Shown here: one piece after another, positions 1 to 9,203 of the stretch
Layout: every line of letters begins with the position of its first letter
Position numbering within the stretch: the first letter of the stretch is position 1
Origin: a virus
Lineage: Duplodnaviria; Caudoviricetes
Virus record (IMG/VR): IMGVR_UViG_3300038393_000234
Span: 1 to 26,327 of that record
DNA: 26,327 nucleotides
Direction: 5' to 3' (one strand)
Position numbers and translations under genes: made by a program
Notes under the pieces: generated by a model
The model's database searches: none
What the model was told of the DNA's origin: nothing
The model's input: the letters and a program-made list of their open reading frames with translations, nothing else

Positions 1-76
1 TAGACGATGGTGCGTTCCACCCTCGCACTCTTTTGCTCTATCTATCGCGTTTTCCACACACCATCGGGGAGGGGTC

Positions 77-379
77 ATGGCTGCTCGCAAGCCGGCGCTC
101 CGCTCGGTGAAGTCCGACGAGGCGGCACCCGCGAAGAAGCTGACCGTGGCGCAGGCTGCGGCGACCGGCGATCACCGCGAGCTGCTCGTGGCGATGCGTG
201 AGCGGATCGCGCAGACGGTCTCCAACCCGGAGTGCCCGCCGCGGGATCTCGCCGCGCTGACCCGTCGTCTCCAGGACATCGCGAAGGAGATCGAGCAGAT
301 CGACCTGCGCGCGAAGGAGGAGGGCGCAGATGCCCACGACGTCGCGGGTGACGAAGACTGGGACTCGCAAGCTCTCTGA
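77..379 (+). CDS. terS: Terminase small subunit
   Basis: 100 aa helical protein with RBS GGAGGGG, immediately upstream of and overlapping the large terminase; the 'PRDLAALTRRL' segment resembles actinophage small terminases. Confidence 0.75.
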   Translation: MAARKPALRSVKSDEAAPAKKLTVAQAAATGDHRELLVAMRERIAQTVSNPECPPRDLAALTRRLQDIAKEIEQIDLRAKEEGADAHDVAGDEDWDSQAL

Positions 380-1793
380 GGTCGCCAAGCATCTGGCCGT
401 TCCCACGGGGATCACATCCACGGCATGGCCGGCGGTGCGGAAGACCTGTAACGAGAAGCTCGGCATCGCGTTCGACGACTGGCAGGAGCAGGCCGGCCGC
501 GTGATGCTCGCCAAGCGAGACGACGGCAACCTCGCGGCGATGATCGATGGGGTCGGCCTGTCACTTCCCCGACAGGTGGGCAAGACCTACCTGGTCGGCG
601 CGATGGTGTTCGCGCTGAGTGTGAACATGCCGGGCCTGCTGGTGATTTGGTCGGCGCATCACGCCCGTACTCACGGCGAGACGTTCCTGGCCATGCAGGG
701 GTTCGCGGACCGGTCCAAGGTCAAGCCCTACGTCCGGCAGGTGTTCACCGGATCGGGTGACGAGGAGATCCGGTTCCACAACGGCTCCCGCATCCTGTTC
801 GGCGCTCGTGAGCGCGGCTTCGGTCGTGGCATCCCGGGTGTCGACATCCTGATATTCGACGAGGCGCAGATCCTCTCGGATCGCGCGCTCTCGAACATGC
901 TCGCGACGATGAACACATCGCGGTTCGGGCTCCAGCTCTATATCGGGACGCCGCCGAAGCCTGAGGACATGTCCGAGTCGTTCACGCGGATGCGGAAAGA
1001 GGCGCTCGAGGGCACGCTCCACGACGGCGCATGGATCGAGCTCGGCGCCGACAAGGGCGCTAGCCCGGATGACCGGAAGCAGTGGGCGAAGGCGAACCCG
1101 TCATATCCGACGCGGACCCCGGTCCAGTCGATCATGCGCCTGAAGCGGAAGCTGACGCCGGCCGACTTCCTCCGCGAGGGCATGGGCGTCTGGGATGACG
1201 GTGTCGGCACAAGGCCGCTCGTCATGCCAAACTGGCCTCTCTGCTCGACCACTGCCGAACCAGCGGAGCCGGCGGCGCTCGGGATCGCTCTCGACGAGGA
1301 CCGGGTCTGGCTGTCGTGTGGGCTCGCTACCAAGGGGCTGGTCCCGCATATCGCGCCGGTGGTCTCGGGGAGGACCGAGCGCATCCTGCATGTGCGGATG
1401 ACGGACCCGACGTTCGGACGAGCTGAGTTCGTCGCCGAGGTCGCGCGGATCCAGCGCGAGATCAACGTCCCGGTCGTGATGGACAGCAAAGACCCGAGCG
1501 AGACGCTCGAGGCCGAGCTGAAGGCGGCCGGTGTGAACGTGGAGTGGGTCGGTCTCGACGATGTGATCGGCGCCTCGGCTGACCTGTATGACGCGGTGGA
1601 GGCCAAGCAGGTCACCCACGGCGACTACGAGGACCTGAACACGGCGGTCCGCAACGCCGGCAAGCGGAAGGTCGGCCAGCGCTGGCTGTTCGCCCGCGAG
1701 TCGGGCGAGATCTCGATGTTGAAGGCGGTCTCGCTCGCGTCGTGGGGCGCCTCCCAGAACCTGACTACCGCCTTCTTCGGGGGGTGGCGCTGA
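330..1793 (+). CDS. terL: Terminase large subunit
   Basis: 487 aa; Walker A 'LPRQVGKT', Walker B 'ILIFDEAQ', coupling motif 'GTPP', 'WAKANPS'; lies before the portal gene. Confidence 0.93.
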   Translation: MPTTSRVTKTGTRKLSEVAKHLAVPTGITSTAWPAVRKTCNEKLGIAFDDWQEQAGRVMLAKRDDGNLAAMIDGVGLSLPRQVGKTYLVGAMVFALSVNMPGLLVIWSAHHARTHGETFLAMQGFADRSKVKPYVRQVFTGSGDEEIRFHNGSRILFGARERGFGRGIPGVDILIFDEAQILSDRALSNMLATMNTSRFGLQLYIGTPPKPEDMSESFTRMRKEALEGTLHDGAWIELGADKGASPDDRKQWAKANPSYPTRTPVQSIMRLKRKLTPADFLREGMGVWDDGVGTRPLVMPNWPLCSTTAEPAEPAALGIALDEDRVWLSCGLATKGLVPHIAPVVSGRTERILHVRMTDPTFGRAEFVAEVARIQREINVPVVMDSKDPSETLEAELKAAGVNVEWVGLDDVIGASADLYDAVEAKQVTHGDYEDLNTAVRNAGKRKVGQRWLFARESGEISMLKAVSLASWGASQNLTTAFFGGWR

Positions 1794-1810
1794 CCACCAG
1801 AGGAGCCGGG

Positions 1811-1987
1811 ATGTTGTCAATCGTTGCTCGCCGAGCCGGGCGCATCGCGGTGGGCATTCCCCTGGCAACCCTGTACACGATCGGCATCATGGCCGCGGCC
1901 GTGGCCATCGCCTGTGTGACCTGTGTCGCGGCGGTACGGCTCGGCTGGTCGGATATGAGGAAGCGGGCCGAGCATGGGGCTGCTTGA
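1811..1987 (+). CDS. Small membrane protein between terminase and portal
   Basis: AGGAG RBS then ATG at 1811; 58 aa with a long hydrophobic stretch (IAVGIPLATLYTIGIMAAAVAIACVTCVAAV); overlaps the portal start. Confidence 0.65.
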   Translation: MLSIVARRAGRIAVGIPLATLYTIGIMAAAVAIACVTCVAAVRLGWSDMRKRAEHGAA

Positions 1988-3368
1988 TCGCATCCGCGAC
2001 CAGCGTCAGCCGGCCGCGGAGCGGTTCTCGGTCGACACGTGGCTGACCGACTACCTGTTCCCGAACGCCTTCCAGTACGGGAACACCACCTACACGTTCG
2101 GGATGCCTGCGGGCATGTCTCAGACGATGGCGCAGACCCGTCTGAAGACGATTACGAACTCGCTGCCGGGGTACATGGGTGCGCTCAAGTCGTGCCCGCC
2201 GGCGTTCGCCGCGCAGATGGTCCGCGCGCTAGTCCTCTCCCAGGTGCGGTTCACGTTCCGCAACCCGCCGTGGGATCCGACGAACCCGCGCAAGACGTTC
2301 GGGACCGGGGCTCTGTCGCTGCTGGAGCGGCCGTGGCCGAACGGCACCACGGGCGACCTGGTCGGGCTGATGGAGTGGCATGCAGGTCTGGCTGGGAACT
2401 CGTTCGTGCTGCGCAGGCCGGACCGGCTGAAGTTGCTGCGGCCGGACTTCGTCGGCGCCGTCTACGGCTCCGACCTCGAGCCCGACCACCCCGACCACGC
2501 TCTCGATGGCGAACTGATCGGGTATATCTACCAGAACGGCGGCATCGGCAACTCGCAGACCAAGCCGACGGTGTTGGACCCGAAGGACGTGGCGCACTGG
2601 TCCCCGATCCCTGACCCGGAGAACCCGGGCATGGGGATGTCGTGGATCACCGCGGGCCTGCGGGACATCCAGTCCGATCAGGCGGCCTCGGAGTTCAAGA
2701 CCAGGTACTTGACGAATGGCGCGACCCCGAACCTGGTCGTCAGCGGACTCCCAGCTGTGAACCGGGACCAGTTCATCGAGATGGTCGAGATGCTGGAGGA
2801 GCGGCACTCGGGACTGGCGAACGCCTACCGGACCCTGTACCTGACGACCGGCGCGGACGCGAAAGTGATCGGGTCGAACCTCGCCGAGCTCGACATGCGC
2901 AACACCCAGGGTGGCGGCGAGACCCGGATCTCGATGCTGTCGAGAGTGCCCGCGCCGGTGCTGGGGATCGCGGCCGGACTCGAGGGTTCCTCGCTGAATT
3001 CCGGGAACTTCGGGCAGGCCCGGCGGCTATTCGCGGACACGTGGGTGTTCCCGACCATGCAGGACCTGGCGGCCGCGCTCTCCCCGGTGATCGACGTCCC
3101 GTCACGGGCCGAACTGTGGTTCGACACCATCGACATGCCGCTGCTCCGCGAGGACGCCAAGGACGCCGCCGAGATCAACTCCTGGAAGGCCACCACCATC
3201 TCGACGCTCGTCGCGGCCGGCTACACACCTGAATCCGTCATCGCCGCGGTCGAGTCCGGTGACTTCCGGATCCTCAAGCACACCGGCCTGTACTCCGTGC
3301 AGCTCCAAGCCCCCGGCACCGGTGACCCGAAGGCACTACCTGCACCCAAGGAGGGCGCTGATGTCTGA
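1974..3368 (+). CDS. Portal protein (HK97 family)
   Basis: 464 aa; 'LLERPWPNGT...GLAGNSFV', 'GMSWI', 'NGATP', 'VPAPVLG' segments resemble HK97-type portals; position after terL. Confidence 0.9.
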   Translation: MGLLDRIRDQRQPAAERFSVDTWLTDYLFPNAFQYGNTTYTFGMPAGMSQTMAQTRLKTITNSLPGYMGALKSCPPAFAAQMVRALVLSQVRFTFRNPPWDPTNPRKTFGTGALSLLERPWPNGTTGDLVGLMEWHAGLAGNSFVLRRPDRLKLLRPDFVGAVYGSDLEPDHPDHALDGELIGYIYQNGGIGNSQTKPTVLDPKDVAHWSPIPDPENPGMGMSWITAGLRDIQSDQAASEFKTRYLTNGATPNLVVSGLPAVNRDQFIEMVEMLEERHSGLANAYRTLYLTTGADAKVIGSNLAELDMRNTQGGGETRISMLSRVPAPVLGIAAGLEGSSLNSGNFGQARRLFADTWVFPTMQDLAAALSPVIDVPSRAELWFDTIDMPLLREDAKDAAEINSWKATTISTLVAAGYTPESVIAAVESGDFRILKHTGLYSVQLQAPGTGDPKALPAPKEGADV

Positions 3369-4176
3369 GTCCACACTGGCGATGCACGCCGTGCGCAGCC
3401 GTGAGACCGCGCTCCGCTTGGCCGAGGTGCCCCGGGTGGCGCCGTTCCGCTTCCGTTCGGTCGAGGAGACCGGCGACGGCCGCACCCTCGACGGGTACGC
3501 AACGGTGTTCAACTCCGAGACGATCATCGACTCGTGGGAGGGCCGGTTCAAGGAGCAGTTCCTGTCTGGCTCGATGAAGCGTTCGTTCCGTGAGCAGACC
3601 CCATTGATCCAGTTCGACCATGGCCGGCACCCGCTGATCGGGTCGCTCCCGGTGGCGGCGTTCCAGGCCGGGTACCCGCGTGAGGAGATCGACCCGGAGC
3701 GTGCCCCGGACGGCGGTGCTCATGTGGTCGCCGACCTGCACCAGTCGCCGATCTTCGAACCGGTCCGCGAGGTCATCTCCACCGGCACCGTCAACGGCAT
3801 GTCCATCCGGTTCGCGCCGGTCAAGGAACGCTGGTTCTGGCCCGATGGCCGACAGGTGCGCAATGAGGCCGAGATCGAGGCCGAACTGTACCGGACCTGG
3901 CGCGAGGACGTGCCCGACGAGGAACTGCTGCGCCGCGACATCGTTGAGGCAAGTGTCGCCGAGATGGGCCCCGTCGTGTGGCCCGCCTACATCGCGACGA
4001 GCGTAGGGGTCCGCTCGCTGCTGATCACAGACCCCACCACAGACCACGCTGCACCGGACGCCGAGGGCGCCGGTGGCGAGGAGAACGACGCGGAGCGGCA
4101 GGCCGACGAAGCGTCACGCACCACCAACCCCCCCGCGCTCGCACGAGCGCGCTCCCTGTCACTCCGACGACTCTGA
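3361..4176 (+). CDS. Prohead (capsid maturation) protease, HK97 type
   Basis: GGAGGG RBS, ATG at 3361; 'LDGYATVFNS', 'QFDHG', 'GMSIRF', 'EMGPVVWPAY' match HK97 prohead protease motifs. Confidence 0.9.
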   Translation: MSESTLAMHAVRSRETALRLAEVPRVAPFRFRSVEETGDGRTLDGYATVFNSETIIDSWEGRFKEQFLSGSMKRSFREQTPLIQFDHGRHPLIGSLPVAAFQAGYPREEIDPERAPDGGAHVVADLHQSPIFEPVREVISTGTVNGMSIRFAPVKERWFWPDGRQVRNEAEIEAELYRTWREDVPDEELLRRDIVEASVAEMGPVVWPAYIATSVGVRSLLITDPTTDHAAPDAEGAGGEENDAERQADEASRTTNPPALARARSLSLRRL

Positions 4177-4187
4177 GAGGAGTCACC

Positions 4188-5729
4188 ATGTACACCACCA
4201 ACGCCCAGATCCGGTCCCAGGTGGCCCGGATCATGGCGGACGCCCAGGCCCGCTTCGGTCACGGCGCCTACTTCATGAAGGCCGACGACGACGACACCGC
4301 CGACCTCATGCCCGGGAGTCTCGACGACATCCGCGGCAAGACCCCCGAGGAGCTCGACAAGCTCCTGAAGGTCATGGATGCGCACCTGCGTTCCATGCAC
4401 CAGACCGACGAAGGCGAGCTCCGCGACCTCGACGACGACGAGCAGGCCGCCTTCGACATGGGCATCGAGATCCGCGACGCGATCGTGGAGAAGCTCAACA
4501 AGCACGCCAAGATCTCCGAGATCTTCCGCAAGCGCCCCGAGTCGGTCAAGAAGGTCTACGACAACATCCGCCACGGCCTCGACGACAACTCGGGTGTCCT
4601 GCGGATGACGAACCCCGAGGCGCGCGACCGTGCGCTTCGTGTGCTCGGCGACGGCAAGGGCCTGCGTGACGACGAGGCAGCCCAGGTCGAGCGCATGGTG
4701 CGCAGGTCGACTGACATCGCCCGCCGGGTGATCGTCACCGAGAACGACGCCTACCGCGAGGCTTTCGTCAAGCTCGTCACCAACCCGAACGCGAATCTCG
4801 TCCTCAGCGAGGAGGAGCGGGACGCGGTCCGGGCTTGGGAGGAGTACCGGGCCATGTCCGAGGGCACGACCACGGCGGGCGGCTTCGGCATCCCCGTGTT
4901 CATCGACCCCTCGATCATCCTGACGGCGCAGGGCTCTGGGAACCCGTTCCTGTCCATCGCCCGCCAGGTCGACGTCAACACCAACAAGTGGAAGGGCGTC
5001 TCCTCGGCCGGTGTCTCCTGGTCGTTCGACGCCGAGGCCTCGGCGGTCTCCGACGACTCGCCGACCCTGGCGCAGCCGTCGGTGGACGTGTTCATGGCCC
5101 GCGGGTTCATCCCCTACTCGATCGAGGTCGGGGAGGATTACCCGGGCTTCGCGTCGGAGATGTCGACCCTGCTGTCCAGCGGCTACAACGAACTGCTGGT
5201 GGACAAGTTCACCCGCGGCTCCGGCTCGGGTGAGCCCCAGGGCATCGTCACCGCCCTGGACGCCGACACCACCGTCGAGGTTCTGCTCGGCACGGCTGGC
5301 ACGCTGGCCGCGGCGGACATCTACAAGGTGTACGAGGCCCTGCCGCAGCGCTTCCGGCTCGGCAATCAGAACTGGCTCGGCGCTGTCCAGATCAACGACA
5401 AGATCCGGCAGCTCGGTACGGCCAACAACTTCCACGCGACCACGGTGCAGCTCGCCGCGCAGAGCGCGGAGGTGCTGCTCGGTGGGCAGTGGTACGAGAC
5501 CCCGTACATGACGGACCTCACCTCGACCGTGCACACCAACGTCGCGGTCGTCGGTGACTTCTCGAACTACGTGGTGGCCCGGCGCGGCGGCATGTCCGTC
5601 GAGCTGGTCCCGACCCTGTTCGACGTCACCAACAACCGTCCGACCGGCCAGCGCGGGTGGTTCGCCTACGCCCGCATTGGCGGCGGCTCGGCCAACAACC
5701 AGGGCTTCCGTCTGCTCAACCAGACCTGA
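4188..5729 (+). CDS. Major capsid protein (HK97 fold) with N-terminal scaffold-like extension
   Basis: AGGAG RBS, ATG at 4188; charged helical N-terminus, then 'RAMSEGTTTAGGFGIP', 'GSGSGEPQGI', 'VVGDFSNY', 'ARIGG'; strongly biased codon usage. Confidence 0.93.
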   Translation: MYTTNAQIRSQVARIMADAQARFGHGAYFMKADDDDTADLMPGSLDDIRGKTPEELDKLLKVMDAHLRSMHQTDEGELRDLDDDEQAAFDMGIEIRDAIVEKLNKHAKISEIFRKRPESVKKVYDNIRHGLDDNSGVLRMTNPEARDRALRVLGDGKGLRDDEAAQVERMVRRSTDIARRVIVTENDAYREAFVKLVTNPNANLVLSEEERDAVRAWEEYRAMSEGTTTAGGFGIPVFIDPSIILTAQGSGNPFLSIARQVDVNTNKWKGVSSAGVSWSFDAEASAVSDDSPTLAQPSVDVFMARGFIPYSIEVGEDYPGFASEMSTLLSSGYNELLVDKFTRGSGSGEPQGIVTALDADTTVEVLLGTAGTLAAADIYKVYEALPQRFRLGNQNWLGAVQINDKIRQLGTANNFHATTVQLAAQSAEVLLGGQWYETPYMTDLTSTVHTNVAVVGDFSNYVVARRGGMSVELVPTLFDVTNNRPTGQRGWFAYARIGGGSANNQGFRLLNQT

Positions 5730-5741
5730 GTCCCGCTCGAC

Positions 5742-5784
5742 TTCACGAGGCCCCTCGCTCCCAGCGGTCGGGGGGCCTCGTGAA
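5742..5784 (+). terminator. Stem-loop after the capsid gene (terminator or mRNA-stabilising hairpin)
   Basis: Perfect 13-bp inverted repeat TTCACGAGGCCCC (5742-5754) / GGGGCCTCGTGAA (5772-5784); no U-tract. Confidence 0.65.
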
Positions 5785-5835
5785 CCGGACGAGAGTCCGT
5801 ACCGCTGGCACCGCTGGAACCTAGGAGGCACTTCC

Positions 5836-6108
5836 ATGAATCACGTCTTCGCAATCGAGACGAGGCTCGTGTCCAACCCCAAGACTGGTGGGACCGAGTC
5901 GATCAACATCGGGGAGCACTGGCTCGCCGACGACCCGGTGGTCAAGGCATACCCCCACCTGTTCACCAACGACCCGCGGTACGGTCTGCGGTCCAGTCTC
6001 CCGTTCGATGGTGACGGCTACCCGGCCGGTCACGCCCCGGCCAAGCGGTCGGCTGACGCCACCGAGACCGCCACCGCTGCGCCGGGCGAGAAGCGCTCCC
6101 GCAAGTGA
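5836..6108 (+). CDS. Small conserved-type phage protein downstream of the capsid gene
   Basis: AGGAGG RBS, ATG at 5836; 90 aa with 'DDPVVKAYPHLF' and C-terminal 'ETATAAPGEKR', a pattern I associate with post-capsid genes of actinophages. Confidence 0.75.
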   Translation: MNHVFAIETRLVSNPKTGGTESINIGEHWLADDPVVKAYPHLFTNDPRYGLRSSLPFDGDGYPAGHAPAKRSADATETATAAPGEKRSRK

Positions 6109-7505
6109 CCCGCGACGCCGCCACGCTGGAGGCAGCGTCCGACTCGGTCACCGTCGTCTACATCCACCCCAACGAGGTCACCACCTCTTGGCACCAGTCG
6201 CTCCTGGCTCTCATCGGTCACGACCTCGGCAACCACTGCCGGGTCGCGCGCGGCGGGTGGCTGGCGATGCGCTGCTACGGCGCCGACGGCATCCCCGAGG
6301 CCCGCAACAAGGCTGTTCGGCAGTTCCTCACTGAGAAGGACGCCGAGTGGCTGTTCTGGATCGACACCGACATGGGGTTCGAGCCGGACGTCGTGGACCG
6401 GCTCATGGAGGTCGCCGACCCGATCCACCGGCCCATCGTCGGCGGCCTGTGCTTCGCTCAGAAGCAGACGGTCCCAGACGGCATGGGCGGGTGGGAGACG
6501 CTGCTGGCACCGACCGTCTACGACTGGACGACCATCGAGGCGACTGGCGAGACGGGGTTCCTCTCCCGCCGCGAGTACCCGGTGAACACGCTGATCCAGT
6601 GCGCAGGCACCGGCAGCGCGTGCGTCCTCATCCACCGCTCGGTGTTCGAGAAGCTGGGCGAGATCGGCTGGTATGACCGGGTCCCGAACCCGACCGCCAA
6701 CGGGCGTCTGATGGGCGAGGACCTGTCGTTCTGCCTGCGTGCGGGCGCTGCCGGCATCCCCATTCACGTCCATTCCGGCGTCCGGACCACCCACTTCAAG
6801 CCAGCCTGGCTCGGCGAGAGCGACTACTGGCGGCAGGTGGTACCACCGCCCGCGACGGAGCAGACCGCGGTGATCGTGCCCGTACTCAGGCGCCCACAGA
6901 ACGCAGCGCCATTCATGGCCACCCTGCGCGCAACAACCGGGATCGCCACCGTGTACGCGGTCGCCAACCCTGATGACGCCGAGACGATCAAGGCGTGGGA
7001 CGAAGCTGGCGCGACAGTGCTCTACGCCGACGGCGTCTCGTTCGCAGCCAAGGTGAACGCCGGCTACCAGCAGACCACTGAGCCGTGGCTGTTCATCACC
7101 GGCGACGACGTCCGGTTCCACCCCGGATGGCTCGACCACGCGCAGGCTGCGGCGGGTGACCATGACGTGGTCGGCACCAACGACCTCGGCAACCCCCGCG
7201 TGATCCGCGGCGAGCACGCCACCCACATGTTGGTCCGCCGCCGCTACGCCGACGAGACTGGCGCATCGTGGGATGGTCCCGGGTCGGTGTGCCATGAGGG
7301 GTACCGGCACTGGTTCGTTGATGACGAGCTCGTGACCGCTGCCCGGCTCCGCGGGACGTTCGCGTTCGCACCCGGCTCGATCGTCGAGCACCTGCACCCA
7401 CTGTGGGGCAAGGCCGAGTCGGATGAGGTCTACGACCTGGGGCAGGAGTCCCAGAAGACCGACCGCGACCTGTTCCAGAAGAGGCTGACCGCTCATGCCG
7501 GCTGA
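6105..7505 (+). CDS. Two-domain GT-A (GT2-like) glycosyltransferase
   Basis: Domain 1: 'ARNKAV', 'WLFWIDTD' (DxD), 'GEDLSFC'. Domain 2: 'VIVPV', 'FAAKVNAG', 'WLFITGDD', 'HWFVDDE', 'VEHLHP'. Confidence 0.88.
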   Translation: MTRDAATLEAASDSVTVVYIHPNEVTTSWHQSLLALIGHDLGNHCRVARGGWLAMRCYGADGIPEARNKAVRQFLTEKDAEWLFWIDTDMGFEPDVVDRLMEVADPIHRPIVGGLCFAQKQTVPDGMGGWETLLAPTVYDWTTIEATGETGFLSRREYPVNTLIQCAGTGSACVLIHRSVFEKLGEIGWYDRVPNPTANGRLMGEDLSFCLRAGAAGIPIHVHSGVRTTHFKPAWLGESDYWRQVVPPPATEQTAVIVPVLRRPQNAAPFMATLRATTGIATVYAVANPDDAETIKAWDEAGATVLYADGVSFAAKVNAGYQQTTEPWLFITGDDVRFHPGWLDHAQAAAGDHDVVGTNDLGNPRVIRGEHATHMLVRRRYADETGASWDGPGSVCHEGYRHWFVDDELVTAARLRGTFAFAPGSIVEHLHPLWGKAESDEVYDLGQESQKTDRDLFQKRLTAHAG

Positions 7506-8115
7506 CGGGGTCGAGGGTGCGCCCTTCCCGCACGTGGTCCTCGACGGGTGGTGGCACGAGGACCTGCTGTTGCGAGTGAAGGCTGAGTTCCCCTCTCCGG
7601 ACGACCTGGGATGGTTGCGCTACTCCAATGGCCAGGAGCGGAAGCTCGAGGGCCCGCCGCACCTGTGGGGGCCGTCCACGCTCGAGGCGTTCAAGGTCGT
7701 CGAGCAGGCCGCGTCATCGATAGGGACCATGTTCGGCATCGACGGGTTGACGATGGAGACCGTCGGTGGCGGCTACCACTGCATCGAGCCGGGCGGGTAC
7801 CTGGCGGTGCACACAGACTTCAACCGCTCACCGACGACGAACCGGTACCGGCGTCTCAACTTCATCACCTACCTGAACCACGACTGGGACGACGAGGGCG
7901 GACACCTCGAGCTCTGGGGCGCGACCGAACGTGTCGCGGACATCTCACCCGAGTTCAACCGGACGGTGATCTTCGAGACCTCCGACCACTCATGGCACGG
8001 CCACCCGATCGCGGCCAGTCGCTGGCGCAGGAGCATCGCGGCGTACTTCTTCACCGAGGAGCCACCGCCCGGCTACGTAGCTGACCAGGGCACGGTCTGG
8101 CATCCAGGTGCATGA
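7495..8115 (+). CDS. 2OG-Fe(II) oxygenase, prolyl-hydroxylase-like family
   Basis: 'PFPHVVLDG', HxD in 'LAVHTDFN', 'YLNHDW...GGHLELW', 'PEFNRTVIF', distal His in 'SWHGH', 2OG-binding Arg in 'RRSIAAYF'. Confidence 0.9.
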   Translation: MPADGVEGAPFPHVVLDGWWHEDLLLRVKAEFPSPDDLGWLRYSNGQERKLEGPPHLWGPSTLEAFKVVEQAASSIGTMFGIDGLTMETVGGGYHCIEPGGYLAVHTDFNRSPTTNRYRRLNFITYLNHDWDDEGGHLELWGATERVADISPEFNRTVIFETSDHSWHGHPIAASRWRRSIAAYFFTEEPPPGYVADQGTVWHPGA

Positions 8116-8602
8116 GGAGGCCCGCGCCTATGTCGAGGCGCACCGCACCGACGAGGCGCTAGCGGTACTCGAGGTCGGTGGCCGTCAGATCAACGGCGGT
8201 GTCCGGGACCTGTTCCCCAATGCGACCCCCTACGTCTCGCTGGACATCGCAGAGGGCGACGCGGTCGACATCGTGGCGAACGCCGCCACATGGACCCCGG
8301 ACAGGCTCTACGACCTGGTCGTGTGCACGGAGGTGTTCGAGCACACCCCGGAGTGGCCGGAGATCCTGGCGACGATGGCGAAGGCATGTCGCCCCGGCGG
8401 GCGACTGGTCCTGACGATGGCCGGCCCCGGCAGGTCGCCCCACGGCGCGAGCGGTGGCCCGCACGAACCGAACGAGCACTACGCGAACGTCGAGCCGGAC
8501 CACCTCCGCGCGCAGCTCGCCACCACAGGGTGGACCAACGTCCAGGTCGACTACCTGCACCCACCTGGCGACACGCGCGCGACAGCGACGAGGGAGGCGT
8601 GA
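8108..8602 (+). CDS. Class I SAM-dependent methyltransferase
   Basis: Motif I 'VLEVGG', acidic 'YVSLDI', 'YDLVVCTEVFEH', 'RPGGRLVLT'. Confidence 0.88.
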   Translation: MHEEARAYVEAHRTDEALAVLEVGGRQINGGVRDLFPNATPYVSLDIAEGDAVDIVANAATWTPDRLYDLVVCTEVFEHTPEWPEILATMAKACRPGGRLVLTMAGPGRSPHGASGGPHEPNEHYANVEPDHLRAQLATTGWTNVQVDYLHPPGDTRATATREA

Positions 8603-8605
8603 CCC

Positions 8606-9202
8606 GTGGCCAACCCGGACTACTTCACCGTCGCGGAACTCCAGGCGCTGCCGGACTGTGCTGCGTTCATCGAGGCGCAGATCCTGCCGGCCGCGGCCTA
8701 CTTCACCACCATCGTCGAGCGCGAGATCGGGCGCGCGTTCATCCCGCGCACGATCACCGACGAGCTCGACGGCGACAACACCAGCAGTCTGCTCCTCTCC
8801 CGGGTCAACGGAACCAGTGTCACCTCCGCAACTGTCGACGGCGCCACGGTAGATCCGACGCTGCTGACCTGCCGGGGCGGCCGGCTCCGGTACAAGGCGG
8901 TCGGCAGCACCTACCGCAAGCCGTTCCTACGGGGTGTCGCGAACGTGACCGTCACCTATACCGCTGGTGAGGCCACCTGCCCCGCCGACATCAAGAACGG
9001 CGTCATGTGGGCGACCCGCGACCGGCTGCTGGGCCAGTCCGACTCCGCGGGGATCGACATCCGCAAGACGTCGATGACCAACGAGCTCGGCGGCACCACC
9101 ACCTATCTGCTGCCGGGTGAGAAGCGGCCGACGGGTTACCCGGATCTGGACGCGCTGATCGCCTCCTACGTGCGGAACACGGCAACGTTCGGGTTCGCCT
9201 GA
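8606..9202 (+). CDS. Head-to-tail adaptor / connector
   Basis: 'YFTVAEL' N-terminus, 'NVTVTYTAG...PADIKNGV' typical of gp6/gp15-like adaptors; position between head and tail genes. Confidence 0.78.
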   Translation: MANPDYFTVAELQALPDCAAFIEAQILPAAAYFTTIVEREIGRAFIPRTITDELDGDNTSSLLLSRVNGTSVTSATVDGATVDPTLLTCRGGRLRYKAVGSTYRKPFLRGVANVTVTYTAGEATCPADIKNGVMWATRDRLLGQSDSAGIDIRKTSMTNELGGTTTYLLPGEKRPTGYPDLDALIASYVRNTATFGFA

Positions 9203-9203
9203 G

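Noticed and set aside
3978-4187. Longer N-terminal starts in the ORF track (capsid 3978, protease 3259, endolysin 18994, 5554, 24099)
   Set aside because: Extensions overlap upstream genes; downstream ATGs with clear Shine-Dalgarno sequences are better starts.
3987-5837. 616-aa minus-strand ORF, and similar long antisense ORFs (6030..7496, 17403..18698, 20962..22317)
   Set aside because: Shadow ORFs expected opposite strongly biased high-GC genes; no recognisable motifs, and the plus-strand genes are clearly real.
7495-8115. TET/JBP-type DNA base hydroxylase (base-J-like system) as the primary call
   Set aside because: Motifs fit the prolyl-hydroxylase-like family, the methyltransferase lacks the PC or DPPY/NPPY DNA-MTase motifs, and the context is structural rather than replicative; kept only as an alternative.
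9108-9130. 'PGEKR' in the head-tail adaptor matching the end of the 5836..6108 protein
   Set aside because: A five-residue match is too short to separate from chance.
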